From an archaeon (GTDB taxonomy: Archaea > Iainarchaeota > Iainarchaeia > Iainarchaeales > CSSED10-239): a stretch of DNA of 32,000 bases. The stretch's first letter is position 1. Each line of letters opens with the position of its first letter. Shown here piece by piece: positions 8,230-16,744 of the stretch. The notes under the pieces were generated by a model. It had not been told where the DNA came from and made no database searches. It worked only from the letters and a program-made list of their open reading frames with translations. The stretch is from the NCBI GenBank assembly GCA_035400625.1, contig DAOMZT010000002.1, positions 170,792 to 202,791 on the forward strand, given 5' to 3'. The position numbers and the translations under genes were made by a program.

Positions 8230-11200
8230 TTAATTATTGTAATTGGTTTCTATTTGGTTTCTATTACTTCGTGTAATTTTTATCTTATCTGAAACCCATT
8301 TGATCTTTGAACTTGATAGAGTATTTGAGATACATGCGTTCCCATCTTTTACTTGGTCTAACATTTGATTTATTGAGTAAATGTCTGGAACTCTTGAGAC
8401 TAGAGCAAGTTCTGTTGTGCCTTCTAAACTACTCAAACCATATAGTCTTGACTCAACATTATTATCTAAATCTGATAATGTTAATTTAATATCTAAATAA
8501 TCTACATTTACAGGCAAATAAATCATTGATTCTAATAGATATTTCTCATCTAAATTGTTTCCAAATTTGTCTTTTGTAAGTTCGTGTCTTAAATAGTTTG
8601 CATGTGACCCAAAGACAGCTATATCATCCATTGCATTATTATAATTTGAATCAGAGAATAATTTCCATTTGAATAAATTGTTTGTGCTTATAGGGAATTG
8701 ATTATTAACCATTAATTTATAGTTAAAACTCTTATCTTTTATGCCATTTACTCTTGCAAACACATTTATTGGTCTTGAAGGAGTAAAGTTAAAAACTATG
8801 TTTTTCTTTTCTGAACCAGATGTATTATCTACTGCTAAATCTAATAAATTACCATTTGTATTTAAAACATCAGTTACTTGCCAATTTACAAGATAGTTGC
8901 TTGGATAATTTGCAGTAATATTTGTTACTCCTGAACAATCAGAGGTACAATTTTCTGCAACCCCATATAATTTTATTGATGTTGCAGATGGTTCTGTTAC
9001 TAACAAATCAGAATATTCATAATTTCCTACAATTGTTGAACCATAACCTACTCTATGTGCCTTGTCATTTACTACTCCAAAGTCCCCATCTATTGGAATA
9101 TAATAAAACAGATTGTTTTTATTTAATGGAATATTTTGAACCAATTCTAGGTTAATATTAAGATCCTTTGTAAAAGCAGGATCAAAATCATTAACAACAA
9201 TTTTGTATTTTCCGACTTCTTTTGTTGGATTGTTGTTTGGCGTTCTTTTAGTTATTGTGATTTCTTTATCGTGGTCAGAATCCAAATATTTTTCTGAAAA
9301 TGCAGAAGAAATACTATGTGTAATAAATTGATCATAATGTCCCCTAAAGTCCTCTAACAAGTCTTCTGATTCTATGCCATCATACATCAAATAGATATGA
9401 TAATCTTTGCTTGTGTCATAATCAGAAGAGCTAATTAATGTAAATATTGAGTATAGTGCTTGAACAGAATCACAATGTGTTTTATCAGCATCATATTCCT
9501 CTTTATCATCTATACAAAGAGTTTTCCAATTTAATGTTTGGTCTCCCCAATTATATAATACTTTTGGAAGAGCAGATTCTCCAACACTACAAGCTTCTTG
9601 TTCTTCAGTATCGCAAATACCTAAAATAAAATAATCGCCCCCTTGTGCTTGTCCACCTACTCCCATACAAAAATGACCAGTAACCCCTATATTGTTTAAT
9701 ACAGTTACTGGAGTTTCAGGTATATATGTAACAATTATTGTTATTGGCTTTATCTCTGTTACTTGCACATTATTTACAGTTAGATAGAAATTCATTTGTT
9801 TATTATAGGTTTCCTCTAAATCTGGAATAGTCATTAGATTGCTGTAATTCCCGTCTATTTTTATTGGCACCTCTATGTGGTTTTGAGGTGTGATAGGCAT
9901 TGGTATATCAATTGAAGCAGATTCATAGGCAAGAGGATTGGAATTTAAAAGCTCTATTCCTGTTAATTCTAAACTATAGCTTTTAGTGTTGTTTTTTATA
10001 TTATACACCATTGTTGAACTACAATTGTCTTCTCCCTTACAAGCAATGGTTAAGTGCGTTCCTGGCAAAGACAATTGGTAACTTTTGTTTTTTGGATATA
10101 ATGTTATTTTTATTGGAACCTCATATATAAAATTCTCTGTTTGATTACCAATCTTTATATTTATGTTTGCATCTTTTTCTATAATTTCTGTAAAATTAAT
10201 ATTCTTAAGAACAAATGTAAAATTAAAATTACCAACCAATCTATTTTGAGAAGAATTGTTTGTGTGTGCCTGAGTAAAGTTAATATAATTAGAGATGTCT
10301 TCTCCAACAATCTGTGTATCTAAGATATCATAGTTTATTGGGTCGGTAAATAAAAGATTAAGATCATAACTTATTGAAATATTATCAATAACTTCTTTTA
10401 TTAGCTCTATTCCTGCCCCTTCTTCACCCTCATAAAAACCATTAACATTAGTTGTTGTAAACTTAGAAAAATCCTGTATATCTAATATTTTAATTCTTGC
10501 TGAAGAGTTTGTGTCTTTGTAAAGTGTAATGTCTGGCATTTCTCCTGTATTTTTCACAGTAAATATGTTATTATAACTAAAATTAATATCTTGAATATCT
10601 GTGTCAGGATCAATATGTAACCCTGCAGAAATCACATTGCTTTGGTTTAGGTCTTTTGGTAAATTATTAACAGCCATTAAATTCTGATTAATTATTTCTT
10701 CTAAAAACACCTCGTTGTCAGAAACAGAAACCGCTTCTAGTTTTACTACTCTATTTGTGTTATTTTTAATAATATAGTCTTTTACCAAATCTGTTGCTTT
10801 TTTCTTACCACCAATGTTTGTTAAAAGAATATCATATCTTAATCTGTTGTTGTTTGTTATTAATTTATTGTCAAGATCATAAATATTTATTCCTGTGCCA
10901 ATAACTTGAGAAAAGGTTAGTTCGTTATTTGGAAGATTAGAGCCTGGTATTGTAAAAATAAAGGTAATGGTTTTTCCTGAGTCTTCTAAAGGTATAAATA
11001 TCTCTGTATTTAATGTGTTGTTTGTTATTTCTCCTAACTCTGTAGCAATTGTTTGACCAGAGACTATATATTTTACAGCTATGTTATTTTCATAGTTGCC
11101 TGTTTTGTTCTTTAAACTAATATTAAGATCATTAGAACCAACATAAATTTTTCCATCTGTTGCATTGGAAGTAACAACTGGAACATATGTGCTCTCAGAA

Positions 11201-14169
11201 TATGATAAAATATTTGTTGAGGCTGTTGCTAAAGATGAATTGTCTTTCTTAAATAATTGTGTTCTTAATGTTGGCTGATCAGTTAATGAAAAGAAGTCTA
11301 TTGGTTTGCCAATTAAATTGTTAACAAAGTAATAACCAATACTTGTGGTCTTTGAAGATATGTTAACAGAAGTATTATTATCTATTGTTTGTATGATTGG
11401 ATTTGTTGATGTTTTATCTTTAAAATAACTGTTTGTAAAAACATAGTTGTTATTTGTGTTTTGAGTGTCTGTAATTATGTCTCCTGTTCTGTTGGTATCA
11501 GAGAACTGTATGAAGCTTAAACTATAATTATAGTCCTTTCCAATATAAAGTATATAATCTGAACCAAATTTAGTTAGTTCTGAATTTCGGTCAAATAACT
11601 TAATTACATAAGAATAATTGGAATTGTCAAAAGGTATTGCTTCTACTTGGGTTGGTGCATAGAAATATCCTTCTGGCCTTATTGACCATTCATTCCAGTT
11701 TGAAAGGTTTGGAGAAAAGGAAAATGTTTCTAAATCTGAATTTAATGATCTGTAATAGATTTTGTAATTGTCAATGGTTGTAATTTCGTTTTTGAATTTT
11801 ACATTTACAGAATATTCTATAATGTTTGCAGTAACATCACTAAAATCAAACTCTAGCCATTTGTATTTTCCTGCTATGCAGTTGTTAAAAGAATAATCAG
11901 ATTCAAAGTTTGTAATAAAATAGTTGCTATCAAAAGATTCTAGATCTCCATGATATCTACAGCCTGTTCTTATCTCTGTGTCTTTTGGAACAAACAAGTC
12001 TGTGTTTGTTAAATAAATAAAGTCTGCATTTTCTGTTAGATATCTTCCTGCTTTTATAAATGCTTTCTTTATTACGTTTGTTCTGTCTGAGCCAAATACA
12101 GTCTTAAATTTTAACTTATATTCTTTTGTTAAATCGTTATTTCCTGAAAAGGTTAAATTGTCTATCTTTATTGTGCCTGTGGAATCATAAAGACCTAAAA
12201 AGGAGGTGGCTGTTTGAATTTCTGATATAGTAGGGAAGGTTATTTCTTTGTAAGCTACCTGTCCAGGAAATAGTGAGATAAGGTCTGTTTGATATAATAG
12301 GTCGTCTTTTTCAATAGTCAAATATATTCTTGAACAATCATCACCACAATTAAACACAAAGGTTTTGTTTGTATCTTCAGTAACATTTGTAGCAATTACA
12401 TTTTCTGTAGGTATTTGCTCTCCAGAGACTTCAAAAAAAGAAATGTTATAATCTTGATTTGGTGTTATTTTAAGATTAAGGGTTTTAGATTGATTACCTA
12501 AAGACACATTTAATTCTAAAACATCATTACTATCAAGCTCTTGTGCTGGCAGAGAATCACCATCTGCACTTTCGTTTCTTAATATAGCATAAGCGTAATA
12601 TTCTCTTTTGCTTTTTACTAAATCAAAATTTGCATCTCCGCTTGAATTTGTAGTTTTTGGATTTTCTGGATTGTATAGCACGTATTCATCATCTAACTCA
12701 TAAAATAAATAAACTAATGCATTTGCTCTCTTATAGCCGTTTTTTGTAACATTAACATTTATGCTCCCACTATTTAATGAGGACAAATATTCTAAAGGTA
12801 TTTCTATGGTTGTGTTAGTGTCTGCAGAAAGATTATTGACATCTACTGGTGTTGGTGGCAAATAGCCATTATCTTCTGTGTTTGATACAATTATTCTATA
12901 ATTATTATTTGCAACTAGAGCAAATGTTGTTTGGTTCACATCTCTTCTAGTAGTAATTAAACTTGAGACATTCTGGTCTCTTTTATAAACTGAGATATTG
13001 CCAGTAACTGGAACACTAGTGTTTTGATCTTTTAATTTAACTATTAGATTTGTAAGTTTTCCTATGGTACAGCCATTACCATTAGGATTAGGGGTAACTA
13101 AACCTGTTAATAATGGACTATTACAATCAATTTTTCCATCTTTACAAAAAGGAGCATATATTGGGTTTGAACAGTTAATGTTTGCTAAATCTGATGCTGT
13201 AATTAAAGTAATGTTTGCAGTTGTTATGTTATTATTAACAATATTATAAGGCCCTAGCTTTGGAAGGCTTATATATCCTGTTTTATCTATTGATAAAAGA
13301 TAATTTGATTGAGGTGCATTAAACTTATATTTACCATAAACATCTGTTGTTCCTGTGCTATATGTGACATCTGATTCGTTTGTTGGTGTTTGTAAATCAT
13401 CTACATTATGTAGTCTTAGATTAGCATATGGTACTGCTTGTCCGATTATGTCTTTTACAGTAACTTCTAATGTGCCTGTATTTGTATTAACTCTTGTTAG
13501 TTCAACTATGTTATCTTCGCTAACATTTCTGTCAGTTATTAGTTCATAATTTGAAGATACCACACTTACTAACAAAAAACCACAATAGCCAGGCTGTAAG
13601 ACATTTGTTCTTCCGTTTGTTACTGTTGTTGTTCTAGGTTCTGGTATTTTTTCAGAATTAGAACATTTAAAAGTAACATTAAGATTATCAGTAACAACCA
13701 CATCATAGCTTTTAAATATTATTTCTCTGCGTCTCTCAGAAGAGGGCCCCTTAAATTCTCCAGAGGTTGTGTCCATTTCAAGAGTTATTGTTTCTTCTTT
13801 TAGTTTTTTATCTAGTTTTATTTGTTTTGTTGTAGGAAAATAATTTTCTTTTGTTGCTTTTATTTCTAGATCTTTAAATTTTAGATCTTTAAACTCAGTA
13901 TAGCCAAAGGCATCTGTGCTTTGTGTTATTTCGTTATTTATTGTTACGCTTACTCCACCTAATGAAAAGTTCTGTTCATCTACCACATATACTTCTAGTG
14001 TTTTTTTGCTTCCACTAAATAATAATATTAAGATAATTATCAAGACAATTACCGCAATAATAATAAATATTATTTTTGTAAATTTCTTTTTTGGTTTTTC
14101 TGTGGTCTGAGGATTGTTCTGTTCTACTGTTTGTTTAATTTCGTTTATTAGTTTTTCTTGTTCGCTCAT
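8230..14169 (-). CDS. Family A giant membrane-anchored surface protein, 1979 aa (beta-sandwich repeat array plus C-terminal head module)
   Basis: Start is ATG 14167-14169 and stop is TAA 8230-8232. A polar 30-aa N-tail is followed by a TM helix (KIIFIIIAVIVLIIILILLFSG, ~14011..14079). CarboxypepD_reg/PEGA-type units follow (LEVYVVDEQNFSLGGVSVTINN..FGYTEFKDL..IKATKENY; LEVTVKDIIGQAVPYANLRLHN..TDVYGKYKFNAPQSNYLLSIDKTGY). Later units resemble PapD/CARDB-like sandwiches (STMVYNIKNNTKSYSLELTG). The head module runs from ALPKVLYNW (9573 downward). The sequence is Asn/Thr-rich with many N-x-S/T sequons. Confidence 0.95.
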   Translation of the reverse strand: MSEQEKLINEIKQTVEQNNPQTTEKPKKKFTKIIFIIIAVIVLIIILILLFSGSKKTLEVYVVDEQNFSLGGVSVTINNEITQSTDAFGYTEFKDLKFKDLEIKATKENYFPTTKQIKLDKKLKEETITLEMDTTSGEFKGPSSERRREIIFKSYDVVVTDNLNVTFKCSNSEKIPEPRTTTVTNGRTNVLQPGYCGFLLVSVVSSNYELITDRNVSEDNIVELTRVNTNTGTLEVTVKDIIGQAVPYANLRLHNVDDLQTPTNESDVTYSTGTTDVYGKYKFNAPQSNYLLSIDKTGYISLPKLGPYNIVNNNITTANITLITASDLANINCSNPIYAPFCKDGKIDCNSPLLTGLVTPNPNGNGCTIGKLTNLIVKLKDQNTSVPVTGNISVYKRDQNVSSLITTRRDVNQTTFALVANNNYRIIVSNTEDNGYLPPTPVDVNNLSADTNTTIEIPLEYLSSLNSGSINVNVTKNGYKRANALVYLFYELDDEYVLYNPENPKTTNSSGDANFDLVKSKREYYAYAILRNESADGDSLPAQELDSNDVLELNVSLGNQSKTLNLKITPNQDYNISFFEVSGEQIPTENVIATNVTEDTNKTFVFNCGDDCSRIYLTIEKDDLLYQTDLISLFPGQVAYKEITFPTISEIQTATSFLGLYDSTGTIKIDNLTFSGNNDLTKEYKLKFKTVFGSDRTNVIKKAFIKAGRYLTENADFIYLTNTDLFVPKDTEIRTGCRYHGDLESFDSNYFITNFESDYSFNNCIAGKYKWLEFDFSDVTANIIEYSVNVKFKNEITTIDNYKIYYRSLNSDLETFSFSPNLSNWNEWSIRPEGYFYAPTQVEAIPFDNSNYSYVIKLFDRNSELTKFGSDYILYIGKDYNYSLSFIQFSDTNRTGDIITDTQNTNNNYVFTNSYFKDKTSTNPIIQTIDNNTSVNISSKTTSIGYYFVNNLIGKPIDFFSLTDQPTLRTQLFKKDNSSLATASTNILSYSESTYVPVVTSNATDGKIYVGSNDLNISLKNKTGNYENNIAVKYIVSGQTIATELGEITNNTLNTEIFIPLEDSGKTITFIFTIPGSNLPNNELTFSQVIGTGINIYDLDNKLITNNNRLRYDILLTNIGGKKKATDLVKDYIIKNNTNRVVKLEAVSVSDNEVFLEEIINQNLMAVNNLPKDLNQSNVISAGLHIDPDTDIQDINFSYNNIFTVKNTGEMPDITLYKDTNSSARIKILDIQDFSKFTTTNVNGFYEGEEGAGIELIKEVIDNISISYDLNLLFTDPINYDILDTQIVGEDISNYINFTQAHTNNSSQNRLVGNFNFTFVLKNINFTEIIEKDANINIKIGNQTENFIYEVPIKITLYPKNKSYQLSLPGTHLTIACKGEDNCSSTMVYNIKNNTKSYSLELTGIELLNSNPLAYESASIDIPMPITPQNHIEVPIKIDGNYSNLMTIPDLEETYNKQMNFYLTVNNVQVTEIKPITIIVTYIPETPVTVLNNIGVTGHFCMGVGGQAQGGDYFILGICDTEEQEACSVGESALPKVLYNWGDQTLNWKTLCIDDKEEYDADKTHCDSVQALYSIFTLISSSDYDTSKDYHIYLMYDGIESEDLLEDFRGHYDQFITHSISSAFSEKYLDSDHDKEITITKRTPNNNPTKEVGKYKIVVNDFDPAFTKDLNINLELVQNIPLNKNNLFYYIPIDGDFGVVNDKAHRVGYGSTIVGNYEYSDLLVTEPSATSIKLYGVAENCTSDCSGVTNITANYPSNYLVNWQVTDVLNTNGNLLDLAVDNTSGSEKKNIVFNFTPSRPINVFARVNGIKDKSFNYKLMVNNQFPISTNNLFKWKLFSDSNYNNAMDDIAVFGSHANYLRHELTKDKFGNNLDEKYLLESMIYLPVNVDYLDIKLTLSDLDNNVESRLYGLSSLEGTTELALVSRVPDIYSINQMLDQVKDGNACISNTLSSSKIKWVSDKIKITRSNRNQIETNYNN

Positions 14170-14183
14170 AATTAATCTTTTTT

Positions 14184-16256
14184 CTAGTCACTAAATAATT
14201 CTCTTAATGGTACAAATGGGAAATTAAAATTTTTTATAGTACCACCATCAGAAGTAATCTTTCCATCTAAAATATATTCTTGGCCATAACAGAACAGATA
14301 ATCTTCTTGGTTTAGTTCATCAATATCATCTTCTGGAGTATGGCTATAATAAATTAAATCTTCTGGTTTTATTTTATATTCATAATTGTTTGTCTTTTGG
14401 TTAAAAACACCAGAAATTGGATTTTTATTTGTATAAACAGGTAATTGTTTATTATCTGTTCTTTTTGTATAATATTTTGATTGATTTAAAGGATTGGAAT
14501 AATAAACTTTTAAATCTCCAACATTAATTGTTCCGTCAATATTAGAAAAAAGGCTATAATCTCTTGTATATCTGTTTTGAGAATCATCAAGAGGCATAAC
14601 TTCACAATGTGGGCAATAATTAGAGGTTAAATCAAATTCTGAATTTAACATTGAAATAACATCTGAGTTTGTTGCTTCTATCCTTATATATTCTTTAATA
14701 TCAAAATCAACTTTTGTTGGATTAATATAACATCCCTTTATGCTAATATTGTTATTAAAATATTCATCATCAACTATTGGTGTGCCTGCAGAAATAGTTT
14801 TTGGAAGATAAGAGCCATTACTTAAATAGTTTATTTTTATATCTGATAATTTTAGATTTAAATAAGGTAATGGCAAGATATTGCCACCATTATCTTCTCC
14901 ATCATAACCATTATTACTTGTTGCAATAACAGCCAAATCATATTGATGATTAGTAAAATTAAAATTAGATGTGATTTCAAAACCATTACTTGATTTATTC
15001 TCTAAAAAATCAATAGTAATATCTCCTATTTTTCCTGGTATTCCAAAAGATGCAGAATTCTCTGGTGCACAAGTTCCATCTGGACTAATATCAACATCTC
15101 CTAATGCACCATTTTTTATATTTAATTTAAATTCGGAGGAATTTAATTTATTTAAAAAAGTATTAATTTTAATATCACTTATATTCCCGCCATGACCTCC
15201 ATCTCCATTATGTCCATCTTTGCAATGATCATCATAATTTTCTGCACGTTGCACACCGCCCGAACCGCCATCTCCTGCGGTTGCATTAAATATTATACTC
15301 TTATAATTAGTTATTTTGTCTATATTTGAAATAAATATATTCCCTGCGTTGCCTCCATTACCCCCATTATATGTTTCATCTTGTGGGCCTTCATCTTTTT
15401 CACTATAGCCTCCTTTTCCGCCTTTCCCTGTTTCTAAACTGATTTTTAAATTATTATAATTTTCTATTTGTTTAATACTAAAGTTTAAATCTCCCGAATT
15501 ATCTCCATCACCCGCACTAAAACCACCATCATGAATAGTTCCTGTATCCCCCCCTGAAAAAGATTGCCCGTCTCCACCATTCCCTGTTTTTAAATCAATA
15601 TCAATAAAACCATAATTCTGAATATTATTAATTTTTAAATTTACATATCCACTTCGAGTTCCATGTTTTGATTCTAAGAATGCATAATAATTATTTCCAA
15701 AAGCATCTACTCCATAACCAAAACTTCGATTTCCTATTTTGCCATCATTGCTTTTTAAATTTAAATTTAGATTTGCATTAGGATAAACAAATATTGATTC
15801 TATATTTACATCGTGAGATTTATCAGTTGCTTGCAATGGGGAATATGTTTTAATATCAAGTTTTTTTTCAGAATTTACAATAATATTTGGTAACGTTATA
15901 GATTTTGCATCTTCATATATCGTTATTTTTGAATTATTGTTTGCAATAAGATTTATGTTTGTATAATCAAAAAAATTAAAATTAAAATAATCTGATTTCA
16001 ATAAGAAATTATATCCATTTGTATAAAAATTAATTTTATAATCATTACAACTTGTTAAACTAAATGGAGGTGCTGTGGTTTTTACTAATACAGAATCATT
16101 AATATTACAATTACATTCTAATTTATCATGATTACAGTCACAACTTACTTTGCCAGTCAATGGAGAATCATTATAAATTTCAACATTACAATTAGCAAAC
16201 ACTCCATTTGTTGCCAATATTATTATTAAAAATATAATTGCATATTTTATTTTCAT
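14184..16256 (-). CDS. Family B secreted Gly-rich repeat (predicted beta-solenoid) protein, 690 aa; function unknown
   Basis: Start is ATG 16254-16256 and stop is TAG 14184-14186, 14 nt before the 1979-aa start. Signal peptide is MKIKYAIIFLIIILATNGVFA/NC. Coils occupy residues ~198-436 (YVNLKINNIQNYGFIDIDLKTGNGGDG..; LNFSIKQIENYNNLKISLETGKGGKGG..; IFISNIDKITNYKSIIFNATAGDGGSGG..GDGGHGGN). It is a paralog of 4280..6523. Confidence 0.9.
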   Translation of the reverse strand: MKIKYAIIFLIIILATNGVFANCNVEIYNDSPLTGKVSCDCNHDKLECNCNINDSVLVKTTAPPFSLTSCNDYKINFYTNGYNFLLKSDYFNFNFFDYTNINLIANNNSKITIYEDAKSITLPNIIVNSEKKLDIKTYSPLQATDKSHDVNIESIFVYPNANLNLNLKSNDGKIGNRSFGYGVDAFGNNYYAFLESKHGTRSGYVNLKINNIQNYGFIDIDLKTGNGGDGQSFSGGDTGTIHDGGFSAGDGDNSGDLNFSIKQIENYNNLKISLETGKGGKGGYSEKDEGPQDETYNGGNGGNAGNIFISNIDKITNYKSIIFNATAGDGGSGGVQRAENYDDHCKDGHNGDGGHGGNISDIKINTFLNKLNSSEFKLNIKNGALGDVDISPDGTCAPENSASFGIPGKIGDITIDFLENKSSNGFEITSNFNFTNHQYDLAVIATSNNGYDGEDNGGNILPLPYLNLKLSDIKINYLSNGSYLPKTISAGTPIVDDEYFNNNISIKGCYINPTKVDFDIKEYIRIEATNSDVISMLNSEFDLTSNYCPHCEVMPLDDSQNRYTRDYSLFSNIDGTINVGDLKVYYSNPLNQSKYYTKRTDNKQLPVYTNKNPISGVFNQKTNNYEYKIKPEDLIYYSHTPEDDIDELNQEDYLFCYGQEYILDGKITSDGGTIKNFNFPFVPLRELFSD
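14949..15665 (-). repeat. Protein-level tandem coils (~50 aa each) with Gly-rich loops in the 690-aa family B protein
   Basis: Residues ~198-436 show the same strand / N.G turn / strand / Gly-loop periodicity as 5054..5965. The units are listed in the CDS evidence for 14184..16256. Confidence 0.8.
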
Positions 16257-16326
16257 GTTTTTCTTGCTTTAAATTTATGTTGTTTTTTACATTTTTTATT
16301 TTGTGTTATTTTTCATACTTTATATT

Positions 16327-16734
16327 TTATGATAACTTAAATGGAAAAGTTAATGATAAGTTCTGATCTGGATTTATCTTTAGATTTGTTTCAATAAAGT
16401 AAAATCTAAAGATGTCTTTTGCAGTTAGTGATTGAAATTTGTTTTGATTTAGATTACCAATATAAAAAAATACATTTGTTTCTTTTTTAACACACGAAGA
16501 TGTAAGCTCTATCTCTAAGTCTTCTTGAGATGGCTTAAATACACTTGGAGAGAAGTTGTCCCCACAAACAATTTTTATTCCATCTGGTTCTTTAATATTT
16601 CCAAATATTATTGGATAGGTCTTTATGTTCTCTTTAGGGAAAGCTATCCAATCTGTATTTGTATCTTCTGCAAAAACATTATTTAGAAATATAACTAAAG
16701 AAAGAACAATTATTAATTTTTGAATATTTTTCAT
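16327..16734 (-). CDS. Family C small secreted protein (~135 aa from the first ATG); function unknown
   Basis: The ORF-track start at 16764 is TTG (plus-strand caa, 16762-16764) and would overlap the upstream gene by 20 nt. The first ATG (16732-16734) gives MKNIQKLIIVLSLVIFLNNVFA/EDT, a canonical signal peptide. It leaves a 10-nt gap after the upstream stop at 16745-16747. Stop is TAA 16327-16329. The product is homologous to the C-terminal domain of the 467-aa protein. Confidence 0.8.
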   Translation of the reverse strand: MKNIQKLIIVLSLVIFLNNVFAEDTNTDWIAFPKENIKTYPIIFGNIKEPDGIKIVCGDNFSPSVFKPSQEDLEIELTSSCVKKETNVFFYIGNLNQNKFQSLTAKDIFRFYFIETNLKINPDQNLSLTFPFKLS

Positions 16735-16744
16735 ATTATCACTT

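Noticed and set aside
15861-15868. Homopolymer tracts (T8 here, T8 at 3624..3631, T7 at 19193..19199) as phase-variation switches
   Set aside because: Runs of 7-8 A/T are expected by chance in DNA this AT-rich and simply encode Lys-rich stretches. There is no evidence of frameshifted paralogs or of longer tracts.
4283-16416. The C-terminal FPFK-type tails as known sorting signals (LPXTG/sortase, PGF-CTERM/archaeosortase, T9SS CTD, OMP beta-signal)
   Set aside because: No TM helix or basic tail follows the motif, which rules out sortase- and archaeosortase-type signals. The tails do not end in the terminal aromatic typical of OMP beta-signals. I cannot match them to the T9SS CTD pattern from memory, so I left them as an unclassified motif.
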